This document shows, in pieces, positions 19,646 to 29,217 of a stretch of 64,000 bases of DNA. The translations under genes and the position numbers were made by a program. This stretch comes from Syntrophales bacterium (GTDB taxonomy: Bacteria > Desulfobacterota > Syntrophia > Syntrophales > UBA2210), in assembly GCA_963666365.2 (NCBI GenBank), contig CAXXNF010000001.1, positions 1,221,255 through 1,285,254 on the forward strand, in the 5' to 3' direction. The notes under the pieces are model-generated. The model worked only from the letters and a program-made list of their open reading frames with translations, was not told the origin of the DNA and did not search any database. Numbering within the stretch: the first letter of the stretch is position 1; each line of letters starts with the position of its first letter.

Positions 19646-20935
19646 TCATCTGCATCGGCGGCAGAGGCGGTTTCGGCGATAGATCAAGGCATGCCAAAGC
19701 TCCGAAGATTCCTCGGCACTTTCAAGCGCCTGATCCACCAGCACCATTGCCTTTTCAAAATCACCGGCGCGGTGCTCACACCACTTGGCCATCTCCTGCA
19801 GGGCAAAGATATCGGCCGGATCATCGCCGATCATACGCTCCCAGATTTCTACCGCCTCTTCCCACCGGCCCCGGCGTTTGTGGAAAAGGGAAAGGGCCTT
19901 GTGCGCCTCTTTCCTCAGCAATCCTTTATCGGCCAGTATTTCAAGAAGTTGCACACCTTCCGCGTGCGCTCCCCGTTCTATAAGGAGTCGGGAGGCCGCA
20001 AAAAGATCGTCATGAACGGCGCCGCCGTCGCACCCTGCCGGATCGATCAGTTCCGCAAGATGCACCGCGAGCACCGCCATGGAAATCACATCGAAACGAT
20101 TGTGGAGAAACACATCCTCCAACACCCCGGCGTCCCGCCTTCGAAGCCAGTCGAAATAGCGCTGAGGTATTTCGTATCCCGGAACGTCTCCCCGGCGGCG
20201 AAATCCGAGAATTTCCGCTTCCAGTGTCGCAAGCCGGCTGTTTTCCAGGCGGTGACCGACCAGACGCCGTGACGGAAATAGGAGATCCAGGTGGGGCATA
20301 TCGGCAAAGGGATCGCTCCGGCGGTTCAGTATGAAACGGGTCCTGAGAAGACCGATATCGAAGGCCTTCCCGTTGAAGGTAATGACAAATTTCCGGGTCT
20401 TTACGATGTCGTTCAGGAGCGCCAGCGCCGCAGCTTCATCGGAAAAGTCCCGAAGAAATATCTGCTGCGTGACAAAAGACCCTGCATCCCACCACCCGAG
20501 ACCGATCAGAAAGGCCGTTGTTCCCGTTCCCCCGGAGAGACCCGTCGTTTCCGTGTCCAGAAAAAGCCCCTCGACTGCGCTGCACCGGGCAATCCGCTCG
20601 TCCCCGGCAAGAAGGGCGGCACGACCCATATCGAGGGCGGCGCCATCGCCGACGGGGCGATGACCATGGAAGATCGAAGCCGCTGTTACCGCCGTGGACA
20701 CAAAGCAGGCACCACAGTCATTCCGCCTTTCCTCACCGTCGATCACCCTTTCCAGCGGACGCGAGTCAGGACGGGTTTTCGCCGGTGCAGGCATCTGCTG
20801 CGGCCGGCGCGCCATGATCGCGTCTATTCGCCTGCGGAGCGCGCGCATCTCTTCTCGCGGACCTACAGCTTCTCTTTCTTTGTGTCTGTGGGCATTTTCG
20901 CCGGTAAGACGATTCAGCCTGTCTCGCACGTCCAT
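19646..20935 (-). CDS. RNase-H-like (DEDD) exonuclease with C-terminal TPR, MrfB/YprB-like
   Basis: FLDTETTGL (ExoI), ITFNGKAFD (ExoII), HNRFDV (ExoIII), and TPR-like helices at the C-terminus. ATG 20935 lies 2 nt after the helicase stop. Confidence 0.8.
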   Translation of the reverse strand: MDVRDRLNRLTGENAHRHKEREAVGPREEMRALRRRIDAIMARRPQQMPAPAKTRPDSRPLERVIDGEERRNDCGACFVSTAVTAASIFHGHRPVGDGAALDMGRAALLAGDERIARCSAVEGLFLDTETTGLSGGTGTTAFLIGLGWWDAGSFVTQQIFLRDFSDEAAALALLNDIVKTRKFVITFNGKAFDIGLLRTRFILNRRSDPFADMPHLDLLFPSRRLVGHRLENSRLATLEAEILGFRRRGDVPGYEIPQRYFDWLRRRDAGVLEDVFLHNRFDVISMAVLAVHLAELIDPAGCDGGAVHDDLFAASRLLIERGAHAEGVQLLEILADKGLLRKEAHKALSLFHKRRGRWEEAVEIWERMIGDDPADIFALQEMAKWCEHRAGDFEKAMVLVDQALESAEESSELWHALIYRRNRLCRRCR

Positions 20936-20937
20936 GA

Positions 20938-23304
20938 TCAACTCGCGACTATCTCCAGGATAGCCAGGGCAACCTCCTTGGCCATCGGTCCCACTTCCAG
21001 GGTCGGGCCGACACAGGTGGGACACCCGTGGGTGCAGGGGCAGCTCTTGATGAGACCTCGCGCCGATTCGACAAGTCGGTCGTGGGACTCGAAAAGCAGC
21101 TCCGAAAAACCTATCCCGCCGGGATAGGCATCAAAAATAAACACGGTGGGATCGAAATCGTCAACCCCCACGGAACCCTCTCCGGGTCGTGGCGCAACAC
21201 CCGCCGCGAGAGACCGTCGCCCTCCCCCCCTCTGGACAAACCATTCACCCGATTTATCGCCGATACATCGGTCGAGATCACGAATGTCGGCCATAAGCAG
21301 CATGGCGGCCAAATGGTGGAGTCCGTAGGCGAGACCGTTCATGCCGTCGATGATATCGGCCTGCGTAAAGGGGAGCCGCGCCAGATCATCACGGGGAACG
21401 GTAAACCAGTAGCTGGTGGTGTGCATGTCCTTTTCGGGCAGTGTCACCTCACCGTAGCCGACATTTTCGGCGGTATAGAACTTTATCTTTTTGTAGCCCA
21501 CCACCTTGCGCACCACTTGGACCTCGCCGTGTTCGACGATGACCCGCCTACGGCGTTCCGCCTGGAAGGCATCGATCACCCGGACATTGGTGTAGGTCAT
21601 GGCGTCGGTGAAATAATCCACCTCCACCTTTCGCACGTAGGCCTTCTTCCGTTCCAGATCCAGCATATCCACATGGTACTGCTGCGATTCCACCATATAG
21701 ATCGCCTCATCGTGCACCGTGGTGTAGGCGCTGTCCCAGTCCACCTCGGCAATCACCCGGTGGTTGCCCCGATCCGTCGTATCGACTACCACCACATTTT
21801 CCGGGTTTATGCTGCGCAGGCTCACTTCGTCGGCGGGATAGCTTTCGGCGGCCCAGTGCCATCGGTCATCCACCCGATGGAGCACCCCCTTTTCCTCCAG
21901 ATAGTCCAGCAGTTCCTCGATCGGTTCGGCGCCGAACCTTTCCCCTCTCTGGAAAGGAAGTTCAAAGGCAGCGCTTTTCAGATGGTGGAGCAGGATGAGC
22001 AGATTATCGGGATTGACGCGGCAATGTTCCGGTGATTGCGAAAAGAAGTAGTCCGGATTTTCCGCCAGGTACTGATCCATGGGATTGCTCCGGGCAATCA
22101 GCACGGCGAGACTGTGCCCCATCCGGCGGCCTGCTCTTCCCGCCTGCTGCCAGGTGCTTGCCACGGACCCCGGATATCCCGCCATGATGCAGGCCTCCAG
22201 ATCGCCGATGTCGATGCCCAGTTCCAGCGCATTGGTGCTGACCACTCCCATTACCTCCCGTTCTCTCAGGCCGCGCTCGATCCGGCGCCGCAGATTCGGC
22301 AGATAGCCGCCGCGGTAACCCGTCACGAACTGACCGTCTACGGGCCCTTTCTTGCGAAAAAGATCCTTAAGATACTTGGTGAGAATCTCCACATTGAGAC
22401 GGCTCGTGGTAAACACAATTGTCTGGATGCCGTTTCCGATAAGTTCCGAGGCCATTTTCCGCGCCGGCGTGAGTGCAGACTGACGGATGCCCAGTTCCCG
22501 GTTCACAATAGGGGGGTTATAGAGTATGAAGGTTCGTCTCCCCCGGGGCGCACCGCTTTTGTCAATGCACTCCACCGGTCGTTCAAGGAGTCGTTCGGCG
22601 TGTTCCCGGGGATTGGCCACGGTAGCGGAACAGCAGATGAAGAGCGGATCTGCGCCATAGAACCGGCAGATGCGCACAAGTCTCCTCATTACATTAGTGA
22701 AATGGCTGCCGAAGACGCCACGGTACACATGGAGCTCGTCGATCACGACATAGCGAAGATTTGCAAACAGTTTCTGCCATTTGGTGTGGTGGGGCAAAAT
22801 ACCGGCGTGGAGCATATCGGGATTCGTCACCACTACATGCCCCTGCTTGCGTATCGCCTGACGGGCATCGTCGGGGGTATCGCCGTCGTAGGTGTAGGTT
22901 CTGATATCAACGCCCAGTGCGCCGATCAATCCGTGTATCTCATACATCTGGTCCTGGGCCAGCGCCTTGGTCGGAAAGAGGTAGAGGGCCCTCACGGCCG
23001 GTTCCTCGAGAATTTTCTGTACTACGGGGATGGTATAGCACAGGGTTTTTCCGCTTGCCGTAGGGGTCACCAGAACGAGATCGTTCCCTTGACGCACGCA
23101 CTCAATTGCCTCGCCCTGATGACTGTAAAGCTGATGGACACCTCTCGCCTCCAGGGCGGACCGGAGACGGGGGTCAACCCACTCAGGATAGGGAACGAAA
23201 CTCCCTTCGTCGGCGGGAATGTATTTCAAGGCCCTGATGTTTTCCGAAAAGCGCCGCTCGCCCTCTTTTCGGGCCAGCCACTCATCCATGGTCAGCTTCG
23301 CCAT
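20938..23304 (-). CDS. DEAD/DEAH-box helicase with C-terminal DUF1998 zinc module, MrfA/YprA-like
   Basis: 788 aa. Walker A TPTASGKT, DELH box, helicase-C motifs (QQAGRAGR), and a C-terminal CPCTHGCPTC cysteine cluster. Confidence 0.9.
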   Translation of the reverse strand: MAKLTMDEWLARKEGERRFSENIRALKYIPADEGSFVPYPEWVDPRLRSALEARGVHQLYSHQGEAIECVRQGNDLVLVTPTASGKTLCYTIPVVQKILEEPAVRALYLFPTKALAQDQMYEIHGLIGALGVDIRTYTYDGDTPDDARQAIRKQGHVVVTNPDMLHAGILPHHTKWQKLFANLRYVVIDELHVYRGVFGSHFTNVMRRLVRICRFYGADPLFICCSATVANPREHAERLLERPVECIDKSGAPRGRRTFILYNPPIVNRELGIRQSALTPARKMASELIGNGIQTIVFTTSRLNVEILTKYLKDLFRKKGPVDGQFVTGYRGGYLPNLRRRIERGLREREVMGVVSTNALELGIDIGDLEACIMAGYPGSVASTWQQAGRAGRRMGHSLAVLIARSNPMDQYLAENPDYFFSQSPEHCRVNPDNLLILLHHLKSAAFELPFQRGERFGAEPIEELLDYLEEKGVLHRVDDRWHWAAESYPADEVSLRSINPENVVVVDTTDRGNHRVIAEVDWDSAYTTVHDEAIYMVESQQYHVDMLDLERKKAYVRKVEVDYFTDAMTYTNVRVIDAFQAERRRRVIVEHGEVQVVRKVVGYKKIKFYTAENVGYGEVTLPEKDMHTTSYWFTVPRDDLARLPFTQADIIDGMNGLAYGLHHLAAMLLMADIRDLDRCIGDKSGEWFVQRGGGRRSLAAGVAPRPGEGSVGVDDFDPTVFIFDAYPGGIGFSELLFESHDRLVESARGLIKSCPCTHGCPTCVGPTLEVGPMAKEVALAILEIVAS

Positions 23305-23440
23305 TTTCTCCTCGCCCGCACAGGGAATGAATTGAAGGGGTACGCCCGGGTGTTCCTTGTTCTTCAGGGCTGAGTATATGAGGGTGGCAGGGGCCTGTCA
23401 AGCTCTGTTCGCAGCCCCGGGAAGACAGGCGCATACCGAA

Positions 23441-23467
23441 GGAAAAAACAACCCTGCGCAGGGTTGT
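23441..23467 (-). terminator. intrinsic terminator downstream of the binding-protein gene
   Basis: Minus strand reads ACAACCCTGCGCAGGGTTGT followed by TTTTTCC. A second, weaker copy of the CCCTGCGCAGGG palindrome is at 23477..23492. Confidence 0.6.
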
Positions 23468-23599
23468 TATCATTCCACACCCTGCGCAGGGTTTCTCGCA
23501 CAGATACTATTTTTTCGCATACAGGAGACATACCGGACGGGGATAATTTCTTCCTGCCCCGGTGTATGCGTATACCCGGAGTCCTTTCTTGTGACTCCT

Positions 23600-24961
23600 C
23601 TACTTCGTGACCCTGCCTTTCAGACCCGGATCGAGGGGCGCCTGGCAGAACTCGGGTGGAATGACGGTAACGGCGCCGCAATAGGCGGCATCTTCCTGGA
23701 ACTTATTGGGAAACTCGTATACCGTGGCAAAGAGTTCCTGAATGATCTGATGATCGTCGGCGCGCATCTTCATTATTCCGCCCGTAATTACCCTGAATTG
23801 GTCACCTTCCCAGGTTTCGATAACCTTATCCGCATCGGTGGTGCCAGCCCGTTCTATGACACTGTAGAGCCAGTAGTTCGAATTGATTGTCTGCCCGTAC
23901 ACTGTGCCGGGCCATTTGTACTGCACTGTATTGTAGGGATGGGTCCACCCTTTCCAGGATTCGTGAAAGAGCTTCACAAAGGCGTTGTTGCTGGGCCTGT
24001 CGAGACTTATGGTATAGTCGAACACATTGACGCAGCCCACGCCCGCCGGACCGCCGATTGCTTTATAGGCGGTTGCGTCAGTCACATAAATGTTTGCAAC
24101 GGGGAGATTCACCCCAAGCTGGCGAGTTGTCTTCAGCAGGTTTTCCGCATCTGGTTTCCAGTCGCCCGTAAAGATCACTTCGGCATCGGAGGCGGTGATT
24201 TTGGTCACATAGGGAGCGAAATCCTTCAGGAAGAGGGGATGAAACGATTCGCCGACAATCGTCGCATCGGGAACATATTTCTTTAATCCGTCCTTGAATT
24301 GTTCGGCAAGGTCGTGACCAAAGCTGTAATCCTGGTTCAGGATATAAAATTTTCGCTCCGGACGCGTTTTAAAATAATATGCCATCGCATGGGCAAACTG
24401 TGTCGAAGTAAGGCAGGGGCGGAAGGTATAGCGGTTGAAATTATCCGCATTCATCGTACTCTCGGACTGGCTGTGGGGATTCACATAGACGGTCTTATAC
24501 TTTTTGGCCACATTCTGCGTAATAAGGCAGAGATGGCTTCCCGAGTTTCCCCAGAGGAGATCGACTTTGTCTTCCAGGCAGAGCTTTTCGCTTACTTTTT
24601 TGGTCTGGGCTGCCTTGCCCTGATTGTCTCCCTTGACGATTTCGATCATCTTCCGCTTGCCGTCGACCATGACCCCGCCACGTGCGTTAAGATCGTAGGC
24701 GACAAAAGCATTTGTCATCCAGTAGATCTGGCCGTTCCCCGCCGCAGGCCCCGAAAATGCATCGATAAGACCGACCTTAATGGTGTCCACGCCACTTGGA
24801 TTTTCATAGGTGGCAGGATTAAACTTTGTCATATCGGAAATCTTACTGACATCCACTCCCGGCACATCCGCATTGGCAGCCATAATGCCGCAACAGAACA
24901 CTAGCGCAACAGTCAGGCACCATGCCGCCATAACTCTGGAAAAGCGAACCTCACGCATCAT
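23600..24961 (-). CDS. LivK-type (Peripla_BP_6) ABC substrate-binding protein, orphan (copy 1)
   Basis: AAGGAGG RBS and a signal peptide. About 60 % identical by eye to the ORF at 48862..50217. No permease or ATPase genes are adjacent. Confidence 0.9.
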   Translation of the reverse strand: MMREVRFSRVMAAWCLTVALVFCCGIMAANADVPGVDVSKISDMTKFNPATYENPSGVDTIKVGLIDAFSGPAAGNGQIYWMTNAFVAYDLNARGGVMVDGKRKMIEIVKGDNQGKAAQTKKVSEKLCLEDKVDLLWGNSGSHLCLITQNVAKKYKTVYVNPHSQSESTMNADNFNRYTFRPCLTSTQFAHAMAYYFKTRPERKFYILNQDYSFGHDLAEQFKDGLKKYVPDATIVGESFHPLFLKDFAPYVTKITASDAEVIFTGDWKPDAENLLKTTRQLGVNLPVANIYVTDATAYKAIGGPAGVGCVNVFDYTISLDRPSNNAFVKLFHESWKGWTHPYNTVQYKWPGTVYGQTINSNYWLYSVIERAGTTDADKVIETWEGDQFRVITGGIMKMRADDHQIIQELFATVYEFPNKFQEDAAYCGAVTVIPPEFCQAPLDPGLKGRVTK

Positions 24962-25105
24962 CCTATCCTCCTTTGTCTTTTGTTAGTGTAATGAATTATT
25001 AATGATGAAGAATCCCTCATGTACTCCAATAGCGCACTAGAGCATAAGAACATGGATTAAGGAATATGAGATAATTACCTGCACAATGGGAGCTCAATGC
25101 TACCA

Positions 25106-25972
25106 TTACGCCAGTGACAGGAGATAGGATCGCAGATTCACGCCCCGATTTTGCAGTCCCAGCTTCCGTCGGATATGTTTTCGATGAAATGCAACGGCGT
25201 GAGGGCTTACTCCCAGAATAGAAGAAATTTCCTCTGTCGGTTTTCCCTCCCTCACAAGACCGGCGATCAACAACTGCTTGGGGGTAAGCGCCGCATTGAG
25301 ATTTTTCATTCTTCGCACAAGGGGGAGTGCAATATTCTTAAGATTCTGCTCAATGACGTCTAACTGCAAGAGAATGTGTTCATCCCTAAGATTGGCTTTC
25401 AGAAACTCGATTGAGGGAACGATTAATTCCCATATATTTGAGATGAACTGCTCCTCGGCCTCATTCTTGTCTGCTTCGATTTGCTGCAGGAACGCCTTCA
25501 GCGCGGTGTTGGTATCTTCAAGCGTTTCGGTGCGTTTTTGTAACTCCTGTTCCACCAGTTTCTGCTGCGTGATATCCCGAATGGACTCTACCGCACCCAC
25601 CACGTTTCCGCGAGTGTCGTAAAATACATTCGCTTTTGCCCAGAGATAAAGCTTCTTCTTGGTAAAAAATCTGTCAATTTCGGCAACCAGTACATCCCGG
25701 GATTTTTCTATGAAGCGATAATGACAATTTTCCGTCGTCGGAAGGTTCCGGGACAGCACATAATCGATGAGCATGGGCCTTTTTTTCTCGTAAAAGGGAA
25801 TCGCGTATTCATAGTCGCCCTTGCCCAGCATATCCTCTGCGCTCACATCGACAAGCGACTCCATGGCTCTGTTCCAGACAATCACGGTTCCCTCGCGGTC
25901 TACGGCAAAGACGGGATCATGCATTCCATTGATGATGTTCCTCATGAGAGGTTCAGCGTCTTTGATGATCAT
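25106..25972 (-). CDS. PAS-domain LuxR-family transcriptional regulator (copy 1)
   Basis: PAS (FAVDREGTVIVWNRAME...DITQQK), a coiled linker (LEDTNTALKAFL), and a LuxR HTH (LTPKQLLIAGLVREGKPTEEISSILGVSPHAVAFHRKHIRRKLGL). Confidence 0.85.
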   Translation of the reverse strand: MIIKDAEPLMRNIINGMHDPVFAVDREGTVIVWNRAMESLVDVSAEDMLGKGDYEYAIPFYEKKRPMLIDYVLSRNLPTTENCHYRFIEKSRDVLVAEIDRFFTKKKLYLWAKANVFYDTRGNVVGAVESIRDITQQKLVEQELQKRTETLEDTNTALKAFLQQIEADKNEAEEQFISNIWELIVPSIEFLKANLRDEHILLQLDVIEQNLKNIALPLVRRMKNLNAALTPKQLLIAGLVREGKPTEEISSILGVSPHAVAFHRKHIRRKLGLQNRGVNLRSYLLSLA

Positions 25973-26445
25973 TGATGCCCTTTCAATATTTCCCTGGTGA
26001 TGCGGAACAAAAAAGGCCCTGGTGCACCGGTACTGCCGACCTCTTACTAGTGTTCCGCTGTTGCCCGACAATAGATCATCTTTGATTCACGAGGTATGAC
26101 TTGGATAGTATGGGATCTGAAATCACTACCTGTCAAGAAATTTTTACGGGCCGTCACATCCCCGGGAGTACAATATTCACAAAACTCCTATATGCCCTCA
26201 GCTTTTTCCCTGAAAGTCTTTCAGGTTTTTTCACCTATGAATTCAAATATCTCCCGATAGTTCTCTTTCGAAGAGAAGTGTACAAGGGCATTGACAGAAT
26301 GATTACAGGGTAATTGACGCTCCGAGACATTTGCATAATTTCCTTTTCTGTTATTCCGGCACTGCCCGGGATCCCGGGAGTATCTGAAAAACCGGATACC
26401 TCCAGGGAAGGAATCGAAGCGATTTAAAAAGAGGGAGACGCTGCA

Positions 26446-28095
26446 ATGGAAGAAAAGATTTACCAGCCGGGGGAATGTTATGATTATCAGTTAACGCTGG
26501 ACAAGCTGCTCATTACGCCGATTATCTACTCGCCGGATCAGGAAATCCTGTATCGCGACAAAAGCAGATACACCTATCGAACATTCTATGAGCGGATTCA
26601 CCGGGAGGCGAGCGGTCTTGAAAAGCTGGGGGTAAAAAAGGGCGATACGGTCTGTGTGTTCGACTATGACAGCCCCCGTTTTCTGGAAACCTATTTTGCC
26701 GTCCCCATGATGGGGGCCGTTATGCACATGATGAACTGGCGCTCGTCGCCTGAACAGATTCTGTACATGATGAATCATGCCCAAGACACCGTCGTATTGA
26801 TCCACGAAGATTTTCTGCCCATCCTTGAGGAAATATGGGATGAGCTCGCCACGGTAAAGAAGGTGGTGCTCTTTTCGGACAGCGGCGCTGCACCGGATAC
26901 GACGATTCCCATCGATATTGAATATGAGGCCCTGGTCGCAAGGGGTTCGGCAGATTACACATTTCCTGAACTGAACGAAAACACCCCGGCCACTCTCTTC
27001 TACACCACAGGGACCACGGGACTTCCCAAGGGCGTTCATTTCGCCCACAGGCAAATAGTGCTCCATGTAATGAGCGAAGCAATCATGACGGGAAGTTATC
27101 ACTCCGACGGACGATTCCACTCCAACGACGTGTACATGCCCATCACTCCCATGTTCCATGTGCACGCCTGGTGCTTTCCCTATGTCGCCACACTGCTGGG
27201 GGTAAAGCAGGTCTATCCCGGCAAATACGAACCGGAAATGCTGCTGAAACTGATTCGCGACGAGAAGGTCACCTTCTCGCACGGCGTCCCCACGGTGCTC
27301 CTCATGATTTTGTCTCATCCCCTGGCAAAGGAAGTGGACCTCAGCAACTGGAAGGCCATTATCGGCGGTTCGCTCTTCCCAAAGGCCCTTGCAAAAATGG
27401 CCCTTGACATGGGCGCCCAGGTCTACGACGGATACGGCATGTCCGAGACCTGTCCCATTCTCTGCCTGGGAAACCTGAAGTCTCACATGATGGACTGGGA
27501 TAATGACAGAAAGGCGGAAATAGTTACCAAAACCGGTCTCCCCATTCCGCTTACCGATCTCCGCATTATTGATGCCGAGGGGAAGTTCCTCCCCCATGAC
27601 GGCAAGGCAGCCGGCGAACTGGTCGCACGCACGCCCTGGACTACGAAGTCCTACTGGAACGAGCCGGAAATGACGAAGGAACTGTGGAAGGATGGCTGGC
27701 TCCACACCAAGGATATCGCCGTTATTGATGAAGAAGGGTACGTCAAGGTGACGGACCGCCTGAAAGACGTAATCAAGACGGGCGGCGAATGGATCTCCTC
27801 TTTGGATCTGGAGAATTGCGCAAGCCAGCACGAGGCGGTACATGAGGCGGCGGCCGTGGGAATTCCCGACGAGAAGTGGGGAGAACGACCCGTCATCATG
27901 GCAACGCTGAAGGAAGAATACAGGGGAAAGGTCAGCCCCGACGAATTAAAATTATTCATGAAGAAATTCGTTGAAGAGGGCGTGATTCCCAAATACGGCA
28001 TGCCCGACAGGTTTGAACTGGTCGATGCCATCCCCAAAACCAGCGTAGGAAAATTCAATAAAATTGAAATCAGGAAAATCATGGCTGCTGCCTGA
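26446..28095 (+). CDS. AMP-dependent (ANL) acyl-CoA ligase (copy 1)
   Basis: LFYTTGTTGLPKGV AMP-binding motif, GYGMSET, TKDIAVIDEEGY, KTSVGKF. Confidence 0.9.
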   Translation: MEEKIYQPGECYDYQLTLDKLLITPIIYSPDQEILYRDKSRYTYRTFYERIHREASGLEKLGVKKGDTVCVFDYDSPRFLETYFAVPMMGAVMHMMNWRSSPEQILYMMNHAQDTVVLIHEDFLPILEEIWDELATVKKVVLFSDSGAAPDTTIPIDIEYEALVARGSADYTFPELNENTPATLFYTTGTTGLPKGVHFAHRQIVLHVMSEAIMTGSYHSDGRFHSNDVYMPITPMFHVHAWCFPYVATLLGVKQVYPGKYEPEMLLKLIRDEKVTFSHGVPTVLLMILSHPLAKEVDLSNWKAIIGGSLFPKALAKMALDMGAQVYDGYGMSETCPILCLGNLKSHMMDWDNDRKAEIVTKTGLPIPLTDLRIIDAEGKFLPHDGKAAGELVARTPWTTKSYWNEPEMTKELWKDGWLHTKDIAVIDEEGYVKVTDRLKDVIKTGGEWISSLDLENCASQHEAVHEAAAVGIPDEKWGERPVIMATLKEEYRGKVSPDELKLFMKKFVEEGVIPKYGMPDRFELVDAIPKTSVGKFNKIEIRKIMAAA

Positions 28096-28107
28096 GACCC
28101 TGTAAGG

Positions 28108-28153
28108 ACGGGAATGACATTTGGGTGCAAGATTTTGTTATTCCCGTCTTTTT
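28108..28153 (+). terminator. putative intrinsic terminator after the ligase gene
   Basis: GACGGGAAT ... ATTCCCGTC (9-bp stem, long loop) followed by TTTTT. Confidence 0.45.
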
Positions 28154-28302
28154 GTATCTTGAAGTCCTTATTCCCCCGTCCCTATTTGTCTTGTGATCAA
28201 AGCACATATTGCGTATAATGGCGACGCATTGAAAGAGCGGTGTGTTGTATGACCGGCTTTCGCGTTTCGACTGATTCGCAAAAAAACTGAAGGAATTGAA
28301 AA

Positions 28303-29193
28303 ATGAAAAGAGTGTTGCTGTTTCTGCTGACAAATATCGCCGTGCTCATTATTCTGAGTATTGTCTTGCGATTGTTGGGTGTTGACCGCATCCTGGACCA
28401 AAGCGGCACAGGTTTGAATTATTGGAATCTGCTGGTTTTTGCGGCCGTGTTCGGCTTCGGAGGATCTTTTATCTCATTGGCCATGTCCAAATGGATGGCA
28501 AAAAGGATCACAGGCGCCCAGGTTATCACCCAGCCGCGTTCCGCCCATGAAATGTGGCTGGTGGACACGGTGAAAAAACAGGCGCAGATGGCGGGAATCG
28601 GGATGCCGGAGGTCGCTGTTTTTGACTCTCCCGCGCCCAACGCCTTTGCCACTGGAATGAACAGGAACAAAGCGCTGGTGGCTGTGAGCACCGGGCTCTT
28701 GCGCACCATGAATCGCGGGGAAGTCGAGGCGGTGCTCGCTCACGAAGTAAGCCACGCAGCAAACGGCGACATGATTACGCTGACGCTGATTCAGGGCGTT
28801 GTCAATACATTTGTCATCTTCATTTCGCGCGTTGTTGGTCATTTTGTTGATCGCGTGATTCTGAAAAATGAGGAAGGCCATGGCCTTGGCTTTTTCATCA
28901 CCACCATCATCGCCCAAATCGTTTTCGGTATTCTGGCCAGCATCGTTGTTCTTTGGTTCAGCCGCGCACGTGAGTTTAGAGCGGATGCCGGCGGCGCAAA
29001 GCTGGCGGGCACATCCAATATGATCGCTGCACTGGAAAAACTCAAAAAAGGTGTCCAGGAGCCCCTGCCGGAACAGATGTCCGCATTCGGCATATCCGGA
29101 AAGCCCGCGAAGCACGGCCTGATGCTTCTCTTTATGAGCCACCCCCCCCTTGACGATCGCATCGAAGCGCTGAAACGCTTCGGCGGCATATAA
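28303..29193 (+). CDS. htpX: M48 zinc metalloprotease HtpX
   Basis: N-terminal TM helices, [10 protein letters not shown] zinc motif, C-terminal SHPPLDDRI. Confidence 0.9.
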   Translation: MKRVLLFLLTNIAVLIILSIVLRLLGVDRILDQSGTGLNYWNLLVFAAVFGFGGSFISLAMSKWMAKRITGAQVITQPRSAHEMWLVDTVKKQAQMAGIGMPEVAVFDSPAPNAFATGMNRNKALVAVSTGLLRTMNRGEVEAVLAHEVSHAANGDMITLTLIQGVVNTFVIFISRVVGHFVDRVILKNEEGHGLGFFITTIIAQIVFGILASIVVLWFSRAREFRADAGGAKLAGTSNMIAALEKLKKGVQEPLPEQMSAFGISGKPAKHGLMLLFMSHPPLDDRIEALKRFGGI

Positions 29194-29217
29194 AAACAGT
29201 CGGTCTGGAGCAAAACC

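Noticed and set aside
21028-23373. Long + strand ORFs (335 aa and 445 aa) opposite the helicase gene. Similar antisense ORFs occur at 1429..2325, 26491..27843, 44525..45727, 53734..55107 and 62578..63174.
   Set aside because: All are fully nested antisense to genes with strong family motifs. They are Arg/Gly/His/Pro-rich, as expected for the reverse frame of GC-rich coding DNA, and they lack an RBS and motifs.
26365-26378. CCCGGGATCCCGGG (a SmaI-BamHI-SmaI-like palindrome) as a sign of cloning-vector contamination
   Set aside because: Flanking sequence is continuous native intergenic DNA between two coherent genes. No other vector-like sequence is present.
26072-26445. Sigma-54 (TGGCAC-N5-TTGCA) promoters in cassette and other intergenic regions
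   Set aside because: TTGCA elements are present (about 26328 and about 45893), but the required GG element at the -24 position is missing in each case that I checked by hand.
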